This document shows positions 1-7,359 of a stretch of DNA of 64,000 nt, in pieces. The first letter of the stretch is position 1, and every line of letters begins with the position of its first letter. A program made the position numbers and the translations under genes. The notes beneath the pieces are model-generated. The model was not told the origin of the DNA. It made no database searches and worked only from the letters and a program-made list of their open reading frames with translations. This DNA is from Porphyromonadaceae bacterium (GTDB lineage: Bacteria > Bacteroidota > Bacteroidia > Bacteroidales > UBA12481), in contig QYQM01000038.1 of the NCBI GenBank assembly GCA_007280905.1, forward strand, positions 744-64,743. Direction: 5' to 3'.

Positions 1-1144
1 CGGAATATTGTCCGCCCATTTGCCCGGAAAACAGGTACTCCCCGGGTTTGTAGAGCCGATAATATTCCCGCAAAATCTCCAGCAGCCGGACCGAAAGGAG
101 GGTGATGCGGTCTTTTTTTCCTTTGCCACCCCTGATATGGATCATCATTCGCTTGGAGTCAATATCTGTGGGTTTCAGGTTCAGGGCTTCGCCGATTCTT
201 AAACCGGCTGAATAGCATGTCATTATCAGACATTTATGCTTAAGGTTGGAGATGTTCTCAATAATCATTTTTACTTCAGGTTCACTCAACACGGAAGGGA
301 GCAACTTCTCCTTTCGGGGACGCTCAATGTAATAAATGCGACGTGGCCCTCTTAATACCTTCTCATAATAGAATTTTATTGCATTTATGGCCTGATTCTG
401 ATAGGAGGTTGATACCTGGCGTTCCTCAACCAGGTAGAGCAAATAGGCCTGGATCTCTTCCTGCGAAATTTCATTGATGTCTTTGGTGCTGTAGTAGTTA
501 ATGAACTCGCAAAAGCAATCCTTGTAGGTCTTGATCGTATTGCTGCTATACCTGAGTACCGTGAGCTTATCCAGATAGCAGGCCGGTGCCTGACGATAGT
601 TTTCCACCTCTTCCGGTTTCAGCCGGGGTTTTCGGTTCAGATGCCGGAGGTCCTCAAGGTATCGGTATTTCCACCCGCACTCCTCGCAAAAATTGACCAG
701 ATTTGACAAAGCTACTTCCGTGTGGGCAATCGTCCACCACAGGTTTTCTTTATCCCAGGCGTAGAGCGGAAGTGTTTTGATCAGTTTAACCAGTTCCTTA
801 TCATACCTGAAGATCAACCGGACTCGTCCGTTATGGTATTTTACTACCAGCAGAGTATTAGCTTCCGCCGCCGGGGCCGATGAAACAATTGCCGGTTTAG
901 CCAACGGCTCTTGAACATTACTCTCAGTAAGCCTTTCCCCAAAGTAATTGCGCATCATCGTCAGGTTTTCCTCCTTTCGGCTGATTACCCAGCAGAAAGC
1001 TGCTGAATCCCACCGGGCATAATGAAGGGTCCGCAGAAAACGGATATCCTGTTCGTCTTTCTTCATTTTCAACAGAATAAACCGCTCTGTGATTGTCAAT
1101 TTAACCGGTTCTTTAGGGATACCATTCGCTTTTTGATTTTCCAT
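1..1144 (-). CDS. tyrosine recombinase/integrase (XerC/D-like), C-terminus cut by window edge
   Basis: Not in the ORF track because it is open at the edge. The ATG is the reverse complement of 1142-1144. My hand translation is stop-free to position 1: MENQKANGIPKEP...SNTIKTYKDCFCEFINYY...STSYQNQAINAIKFYYEKV...LRIGEALNLKPTDIDSKRMMIHIRGGKGKKDRITLLS... It shows a SAM-like N-domain plus the R...GKGxKxR box typical of tyrosine recombinases. Confidence 0.85.
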   Translation of the reverse strand, partial: MENQKANGIPKEPVKLTITERFILLKMKKDEQDIRFLRTLHYARWDSAAFCWVISRKEENLTMMRNYFGERLTESNVQEPLAKPAIVSSAPAAEANTLLVVKYHNGRVRLIFRYDKELVKLIKTLPLYAWDKENLWWTIAHTEVALSNLVNFCEECGWKYRYLEDLRHLNRKPRLKPEEVENYRQAPACYLDKLTVLRYSSNTIKTYKDCFCEFINYYSTKDINEISQEEIQAYLLYLVEERQVSTSYQNQAINAIKFYYEKVLRGPRRIYYIERPRKEKLLPSVLSEPEVKMIIENISNLKHKCLIMTCYSAGLRIGEALNLKPTDIDSKRMMIHIRGGKGKKDRITLLSVRLLEILREYYRLYKPGEYLFSGQMGGQYS

Positions 1145-1866
1145 ATACATCTATTTTAATTTCAGAATGGCTATACGAATGATTTCGGTTTTGCCTCCAT
1201 TATCAGATATAGATGCATTTTTAGCTGCTAATTGGAAAAATCGAGTGCGAATATTCTTGTAACTTGTCCACACCGATGCGTTAGTGAATTGGTAATGATG
1301 AAGATTGAATCGGTTATTAAAAAAACGATGATTTGTGGCAGAAGGGTAGAATAAGTGGCCATCGACCGGCCGGAGCGAGTCGCCTGAGCCCGCGTAGTGT
1401 TGTGAGGTGATGTGATGAATAGTGAAACGCGGTGATTTACCTCAATGCTATACTATCCTTAAACCGAGTTTTTACAATCATCTCAAGCCATCATATTCCT
1501 CATCCGTTATTGCAAGTCCTATTGTAACCTTTTCCAAGGACCAGCTAATTTCGATTGAGCTTCGTTTTAAATAACTGGATTGAAACCCTCATGATGCGAG
1601 TGGTGAGGTTCGATCCCTTTGAAAAAGAACCACCGGACAATGGTGAAGCAGGAAAGGTAGACCGGAAGGTTCAGCGAGAATCAATATAGGTTTCAATTTG
1701 ATGGGTTAATTGGAACACGTAAATATGATATAACCCAATCTCATTCGGAACGGTTTCCCCATTAACCTAAATATCAAGACTCTATAATTACGTCTTTTAA
1801 CGTATTTATGGCGGAAGTTTGTAAAACGGGGAATTAGTGCGTGATGTTTACAATCGGTAGCCAGGT

Positions 1867-3831
1867 TCAGAATAGTAAATCCTCATCAAACCCCGCCAAA
1901 TCATCCAGAAATGAGCTATTGCCACCGGTATCGACAAACTGAAAATCCGTCAGTTCTTTCGGCAGATCGGTCAGGAAATAGGTCTCATGACCCGAAGTGG
2001 AGTTTATTCCTGATCCTCCCATCAAAATCGTTTTACTGGGTTGTTCAGCCCTTGTGATAAATAATTCATTCTGGGCACGGGTCAGGGCTACATAGAGAAC
2101 CCGTCTTTCTTCCTCTATCTCATCATCATTGCCGATCGACCGCTGGTGCGGATAAACTCCGGGAATAGCCTGGGGAATCATGCAGATCGGGGCCTCTGTC
2201 CCCTTGGCACTATGGATGGTAATAATGGTTACAATATCTTCAACAATATCGGATTCGTGTACCTCCTTATTATAAATCGGATCAAGGGTGTAGGTTTCGA
2301 GAAACTCGGCCAACCGGGAGAACCTCTCCGATAGCCGCTGAAGCATTTCCAAGTCCTTTGACCGGGATGGCCAATGGTCATATTTATTGGATAACAGGGG
2401 ATCAAGAAAATTCGTGGCTGCTGCTATCGCTTTCTTGGGATTACGAATATGTTGCCGGACTTCCTCTACCGCAAGGGGAATTTTGGGTTCCCATTTGAAG
2501 AAATTTCGGAGTGATTCGTGGGATTCCTTCTCATCCCTTGCCTGTATAATGATTTCAATGGCCTTTGACGAAGTTACGTCACCAACCTTTGGCCATAGCT
2601 TCAAATACCGCATCCATGCCAGCTCGTCCTTATAGTTGATCGCTGCCCTTAACAGGCTGAACAGGTCGCGCACATGGGCCGATTGCAACAAAGCGGTTCC
2701 ACCGATGAACTGATAGGGAATTTTCATCTCCACAAAAACGGCTTCGATCCTTCGGGCGAGGTAGGCAGTGCGAACCAGAATCATGAAATCGGAGTATTTG
2801 CTTCCTTCTTCGTGTCTCCGGAGAATCTCATCGCCATACCATTTGGCCTCCTCAAAAACATTCTGAAAGTCGATCAAATTGGGTTTTAAACCGGGGCCAC
2901 GGATTGCAGTCAGGTTTCGGTTGTAGGCAAGGGGTGACAATTTCAGGAGCCAGTTTGCCAGATCGAGAATTTCCTGGGTACTACGGTAATTCTGTTCCAA
3001 TTGAATGTTCTCGGAATTTGGCATCCGCTCACTAAAGGAGTGGACATTCCGGAAGTCTGCCCCACGGAAGCCATAGATGCTTTGCGCATCATCACCGACA
3101 CAGAACAGTTTTGCAGGGTTAGCCAGTTTCTCCAGTATCCCCCATTGCAGCGGGTTAGTGTCCTGCATCTCATCGACCAGGATGTGGGAGAAAAGCCCCT
3201 GCAATTTCTTTTGCAGGGCTGGATTCTTGCTGATTATATCCAGGAAAATATACAGAATATCATCAAAATCAATGTAGTTACGTACCTTTTTCCGATCCTC
3301 GTAAGCCTCAAAAATCCTAAGAATGGTACTGATCACCTCGTCATTGTACTCGGTGAACTTGATCAGATAGTCATGCGGAACCAGGCAGGTATTGCGGGCG
3401 TAAGAATAGAGATCAAGCAATTCTTTTGACTTGGGGAAGTGCTTCTTTTCAGTCTTTTTTATCGCTGTACCCCTCAGCAGGCCCATCAAACCGCTTTGGT
3501 CATCCCGGTCAATAACCGTAAAACTCTCAATACCGAACGTTTTAGGAATAGTCTTCATAATGTCCAAACAAAACCGGTGAAATGTTCCGGCAAAAATCCC
3601 TTTGGCCAGGTCACCCATCTCCAATTCCAACCGGTGGGTCATTTCAGCAGCGGCCCGGCGGGTGAAGGTCAGCAGGACTATTCGTTTCCCCGGAACATTA
3701 TTCTTCAGCAGAAAAATCGTCCTACCGATTATGGTACGGGTTTTACCGGTTCCGGCACCTGCCAAAACAAGGAGATGATCCCGCGGGCTGGTATATTCAG
3801 CGGCCTTTTTCTGTTGGGGGTTAAGTTCCAT
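1867..3831 (-). CDS. UvrD/Rep/PcrA-family superfamily-1 DNA helicase
   Basis: 654 aa. Motifs present: Walker A AGAGTGKT, TFTRRAA, DEMQDTN, GDDAQSIYGFRGA, QNYRS, TIHSAKGTE, VALTRA. The ATG is the reverse complement of 3829-3831. Confidence 0.9.
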   Translation of the reverse strand: MELNPQQKKAAEYTSPRDHLLVLAGAGTGKTRTIIGRTIFLLKNNVPGKRIVLLTFTRRAAAEMTHRLELEMGDLAKGIFAGTFHRFCLDIMKTIPKTFGIESFTVIDRDDQSGLMGLLRGTAIKKTEKKHFPKSKELLDLYSYARNTCLVPHDYLIKFTEYNDEVISTILRIFEAYEDRKKVRNYIDFDDILYIFLDIISKNPALQKKLQGLFSHILVDEMQDTNPLQWGILEKLANPAKLFCVGDDAQSIYGFRGADFRNVHSFSERMPNSENIQLEQNYRSTQEILDLANWLLKLSPLAYNRNLTAIRGPGLKPNLIDFQNVFEEAKWYGDEILRRHEEGSKYSDFMILVRTAYLARRIEAVFVEMKIPYQFIGGTALLQSAHVRDLFSLLRAAINYKDELAWMRYLKLWPKVGDVTSSKAIEIIIQARDEKESHESLRNFFKWEPKIPLAVEEVRQHIRNPKKAIAAATNFLDPLLSNKYDHWPSRSKDLEMLQRLSERFSRLAEFLETYTLDPIYNKEVHESDIVEDIVTIITIHSAKGTEAPICMIPQAIPGVYPHQRSIGNDDEIEEERRVLYVALTRAQNELFITRAEQPSKTILMGGSGINSTSGHETYFLTDLPKELTDFQFVDTGGNSSFLDDLAGFDEDLLF

Positions 3832-4095
3832 ATTTTTGATAGTAGAAGATAAATATACTCAATCGCTGAGTTGCAGTCAACTGATTTCAGTAGCAAGGTC
3901 ATTGGATTGCGCAAAGACATCAGGTTATATTCAGCCAATGACAGGTACCTCACCACTTTCAGCCCGCATAAAAATATTTTCTCTTCAACTGACGAGCAAC
4001 TTCCTTCGATTGTTTTGTAAGGCAGTTCATAGATACCGTAAGGCATACAGTCTTTTGTCCCAAACCGGCACAACCTCAGTCAAGAATTTAAAACA

Positions 4096-4386
4096 TTAGA
4101 GGTTGAATTTTTGCTGAGGTGTCCTTGCCTGGACCATTTTTGATAATTTATGGTTGGGCAACATGTTTCTCAGCTTATAGATTTCGCTCTCAGGAAAGTG
4201 CGAGAATGTGAATACTTCCTTGTTATTTAGGTAGACCTTGAATACCTTCTTGATGCGCCAAAGGCTATGAACATTCTGATTAGCATAATGGTGGGTGTAG
4301 TTGTTATATATACCCACTTCTTCTTGGTCGAGTAAGTTAATCTGCACTTCAAACTTTCGAATGGTTTTTGGAATTGTCTTCATCAT
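4096..4386 (-). CDS. hypothetical protein (96 aa)
   Basis: Tracked ORF on the same strand as its neighbours, starting with tandem ATGs. I recognise no motif, so coding status rests on position and length only. Confidence 0.4.
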   Translation of the reverse strand: MMKTIPKTIRKFEVQINLLDQEEVGIYNNYTHHYANQNVHSLWRIKKVFKVYLNNKEVFTFSHFPESEIYKLRNMLPNHKLSKMVQARTPQQKFNL

Positions 4387-4469
4387 AATGATTTTAAAAT
4401 TGAACTCACAATTTACTACTCAATTTTATCTTTTTCAAAGGTTTAGCTATGCAGTCAAGGGTTTCACAA

Positions 4470-5036
4470 TCAATCCCGGTCAATATAACCCTCAATCGGC
4501 TTAAATGACCCATTCTGCTGATCCACTCCCTGTCTCTTGCGTGCCTCCTTCAGAATGTACCCACTCCTTCTGCGGGGTCTGGAATCCTTACTACCAGCTG
4601 GACGACCAAGTTTCGTTCCCTTATCCTTAGTTCTACGAAGTCCTTCAATGGTGCGATCCCGGATCAGTTCCCGTTCAAATTCAGCAAAGGCAGCAAGAAT
4701 CTGGAACTGGAGTTTACCGGATGCGGTCGTGAAATCGAGATTATCCGTTAGCGAAATGAAACCTATCCCTTTTTTGGTCAGTTCCGTAATGTCAAGAATC
4801 AGTTCCATGGATGATCTAGCGAACCGGTCGAGCTTATACACGATTATTGACTCATATTCCCCTGCCCTCGCTTTTTCCAGCATCAGTTGTTTCACTGGTC
4901 GGGTTTTCCGTGTCGATTCCGTTTCTTGATATAGGTGGTATTCCAACGCCTTGTTCTTGGCGTATTCAACCAGCCTTATTTCCTGATTATCTGTTGTTTG
5001 CTTATCGGTCGAGACTCTAATGTAAAGTGCTACCAC
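4470..5036 (-). CDS. small serine recombinase (resolvase/invertase catalytic domain) with basic tail instead of an obvious HTH
   Basis: N-terminal LYIRVSTDKQ catalytic-serine box, VYKLDRFARS and LAAFAEFERELIRDRT motifs. The start is GTG (reverse complement of 5034-5036) and overlaps the upstream gene by 20 nt. Confidence 0.88.
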   Translation of the reverse strand: MVALYIRVSTDKQTTDNQEIRLVEYAKNKALEYHLYQETESTRKTRPVKQLMLEKARAGEYESIIVYKLDRFARSSMELILDITELTKKGIGFISLTDNLDFTTASGKLQFQILAAFAEFERELIRDRTIEGLRRTKDKGTKLGRPAGSKDSRPRRRSGYILKEARKRQGVDQQNGSFKPIEGYIDRD

Positions 5037-5418
5037 TATCTTGAATTATTAATTTGCCATACTGATTTCTATTCTCTCGGATAGGCTGGTATTCGATTCG
5101 CTCCACTCGTTCAAAAACATAGCCATCAGGCGATTCTCTAATAACCCAAACCGGAATCCCAAGTTTAAGTGCATGGAGAACCTCGGAATACAACCCCATC
5201 GTGATGTAACCTTCGTGTTCCAAAACGACAACCAGATCAGACCAGCCAACGATATTCAAGTACTTCTTGAATTGCTCAAGACGACCGATGTCGTTGTTTG
5301 GGCAGAGAACCCTATATTTTCCCCGAAGCAGCTTCAGGATGCGGGTTTCCGTATCAGTATCAAAGGAATGTGTGGAATGAGCGAAGAAAGCCCGTGGTTT
5401 TTCACTTGTCGTTGTCAT
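5017..5418 (-). CDS. hypothetical small Rossmannoid protein, nucleoside 2-deoxyribosyltransferase-like / TIR-like (tentative)
   Basis: 133 aa. It begins with a beta-strand start AFFAHS..D and ends with VVVLEHEGYITMGLYSEVLHALKLGIPVWVI. That C-terminal stretch resembles the D/E...G..E.G.A...GkPV layout of NDT-like folds. Both of its ends overlap neighbouring genes. Confidence 0.55.
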   Translation of the reverse strand: MTTTSEKPRAFFAHSTHSFDTDTETRILKLLRGKYRVLCPNNDIGRLEQFKKYLNIVGWSDLVVVLEHEGYITMGLYSEVLHALKLGIPVWVIRESPDGYVFERVERIEYQPIRENRNQYGKLIIQDSGSTLH

Positions 5419-5551
5419 AGGTCTTTTGAATGTCTTTGATTATGACTAAAAGTACAGGTATGATGATCAGAGCCGCCGCCACAAACTCGAAAAAATTGCT
5501 ATTGCAGGGCTTACTGCTAATTGTTGGAATATCGCTGTGAAATGCCTCCAT
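5402..5551 (-). CDS. 49-aa micro-ORF with one predicted transmembrane helix (below the track's apparent 60-aa floor)
   Basis: Hand-translated as MEAFHSDIPTISSKPCNSNFFEFVAAALIIIPVLLVIIKDIQKTYDNDK*. Its ATG (5549-5551) lies 1 nt after the ATP-grasp stop codon. Its stop (5402-5404) overlaps the next gene by 17 nt. Confidence 0.45.
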   Translation of the reverse strand: MEAFHSDIPTISSKPCNSNFFEFVAAALIIIPVLLVIIKDIQKTYDNDK

Positions 5552-5552
5552 C

Positions 5553-6710
5553 TTATTGTATTTTAAAGGTTTGGGACATCACGGCGATCAGATCAGTCAG
5601 TGAGTTCAGCTTTCGCTGCTGCTTTTGACCGCTCCGGTCAGTGTAATCTAACATTTCACCTTTGTGCTGGGTAAGAATTTCTTTCAGGTAATCATCGTTG
5701 ACAATCGGGTCAATGATCTTACTGGTTTTCTTAGCCTCATCAGTCAAGGATTGAAGCAGTTGCGTGGTGTCCCTGCGCTCCTGTTGCAACTTATTCCGGT
5801 CATTGCCATGTTGAGCAAAATCCTGTTCAGTAAATGCTACAATAGCTTTACTGACGCTGATTCCGGTTACCTTTTCAATGTGAAAACCAGCGTTACCATT
5901 GACTTCGATCAGAAAGGGTTGCCCGTCTTTCGCCCTCAAAAAATCAACACCAGCAATGGGCAAACCGACAGCTTGTGCAGCCATAAGGCACATATATTCC
6001 TCTTCCTTACTAATGTCAGCTTTAATGCCCTGACCGCCTTGGCTGATATTCGCCCTAAAATCCCCTCGTGCTGCGACACGTTTGTAGGAAGCGACCGCCT
6101 TCCCCCCGACAACGAAAACACGAAAGTCAGTGCCCGATGCCTCGATGTACTCCTGAACAAGCACAGGAATATTAGCCTTACTGAAGCTATCCAATGTTGA
6201 ACGCACGGCTCCCATCGAATCCAAATAGGCAACACCTTTGCCCTGCGAGCCATGAAGCTGTTTAACCACCACTGGCATGCCGCCAATTTTTTCAATTAAC
6301 TGATCGACCGAATCGCCACCGGAGTAAAGCAAAGTCCTAGGAGTCCGTATTCCAAATTGGCTGCATTTCTGAATAGTTTCAAACTTGTCTGAAGCCGTAA
6401 GTAGACCACTAGTCGGTATCGGACAAAAAATACCGACATTACTATGCAAATGGTCAAGAATTGCACAACCATATCTCAGGTTATCACCTAATCTTGGATA
6501 TACCGTATCGTAATCACTCGCAATAACCCGGTTGATTACTCCCTTCTCTTCACGATAAACACGGTCAAAACCAGACTGATGACTCGAAACGAAAAGGTAA
6601 ATATCGCACGGACGTATTATTGCAACTGTATGCTTCCGGTTTTCAAAAGCACGAACCAGTGAACCTGTTGCGTTGGAATCTGTTGATTCGGTTAACAAAA
6701 GCACGTTCAT
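5553..6710 (-). CDS. RimK-family ATP-grasp ligase (alpha-L-glutamate-ligase-like) with about 90-aa charged C-terminal extension
   Basis: 385 aa. Motifs PVVVKQLHGSQGKGV, QEYIEASGTDFRVFVVGG, RGDFRANISQGG and GVDFLRAKDGQPFLIEVNGNAGF match the RimK ATP-grasp layout. An ATGA overlap links it to the upstream gene. Confidence 0.88.
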   Translation of the reverse strand: MNVLLLTESTDSNATGSLVRAFENRKHTVAIIRPCDIYLFVSSHQSGFDRVYREEKGVINRVIASDYDTVYPRLGDNLRYGCAILDHLHSNVGIFCPIPTSGLLTASDKFETIQKCSQFGIRTPRTLLYSGGDSVDQLIEKIGGMPVVVKQLHGSQGKGVAYLDSMGAVRSTLDSFSKANIPVLVQEYIEASGTDFRVFVVGGKAVASYKRVAARGDFRANISQGGQGIKADISKEEEYMCLMAAQAVGLPIAGVDFLRAKDGQPFLIEVNGNAGFHIEKVTGISVSKAIVAFTEQDFAQHGNDRNKLQQERRDTTQLLQSLTDEAKKTSKIIDPIVNDDYLKEILTQHKGEMLDYTDRSGQKQQRKLNSLTDLIAVMSQTFKIQ

Positions 6711-7102
6711 GGGTTGGATGGATTAAAGGTTGCTTCGTCCAAAACCGGGCGATTGCGAAACCGGATTACTTTGTACCGGTCGCCTGAAAGTGGTTTTAGT
6801 CCATATTCAAAGACACCCATCACCTTGTCTGCTAGCTGTATGCCTGTATGGGTGAAAAACATGAAATCGTAACCAGCACCGATAAGGAAATCCCGGCTGA
6901 CGGTGTGCTCCGCTTTATCACCGAGTGTACGATTAAGGATGTCACGGTTTCTTGTTAGCACCTTCCAATAATCCGATAGGGTTCGCCTACGTTCGGTCGC
7001 TTTGCGGTTGTTGTACTTTATCTGATTCTCCCTGCTGGAAAATCGCTGCGTCTCACTTTTCTTGGTAAACGCTTGTCCTGAAAAAGGGTCTTTGCCTGTC
7101 AT
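6707..7102 (-). CDS. hypothetical protein with basic N-terminal region (131 aa from ATG; 138 aa if TTG at 7123)
   Basis: The tracked ORF 6707..7123 starts on TTG, and the first ATG is the reverse complement of 7100-7102. The K/R-rich segment NNRKATERRRT suggests nucleic-acid binding. It is the first gene of the overlapping cassette. Confidence 0.55.
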   Translation of the reverse strand: MTGKDPFSGQAFTKKSETQRFSSRENQIKYNNRKATERRRTLSDYWKVLTRNRDILNRTLGDKAEHTVSRDFLIGAGYDFMFFTHTGIQLADKVMGVFEYGLKPLSGDRYKVIRFRNRPVLDEATFNPSNP

Positions 7103-7178
7103 GATACATTCAATTTCAGGCAAAGATAATACAACAATAAGCCATTATCAAGAGGTAATTATCTGATTTTCTTATGGT

Positions 7179-7208
7179 TAACGCATATTAGCGCATATTG
7201 ACGCAAGG
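7179..7208 (-). promoter_or_regulatory. iteron-like 10-bp-phased repeats (ACGCATATTA GCGCATATTG ACGCAAGG) upstream of the cassette
   Basis: The exact 14-mer GCATATTAGCGCAT (7183-7196) recurs at 8712-8725, upstream of the integrase gene. TAACGCA and ACGCAAG are also shared between the two sites. Confidence 0.4.
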
Positions 7209-7359
7209 AGTAGCAAAAAGCCTAAAAATTTTAAAAAAATTTAACAATTGCTATCCGATAGAGTAATCCTTCAGCCTGCCTCCGGGTGTCCAACTTGAAT
7301 GTAGATGCTATATATATTGCGTGTGCGTGTCCCGCCGGTCTGCACCCTAAACACAGTAA

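Noticed and set aside
8-202. Tracked 64-aa plus-strand ORF at the window start
   Set aside because: It lies antisense to the edge-truncated tyrosine recombinase gene, whose translation is stop-free and motif-bearing.
1575-1636. Possible tRNA gene around the GGTTCGATCC motif
   Set aside because: A T-loop and an anticodon-like loop are present. However, I cannot pair a 5' acceptor strand, the T-stem has a mismatch, and no D-arm is evident. I treat it as a fragment only (see findings).
3729-4073. Tracked 114-aa ORF overlapping the helicase start
   Set aside because: It overlaps the 5' end of the strongly supported helicase gene in another frame. It has no recognisable motif and an odd composition, so it is likely spurious.
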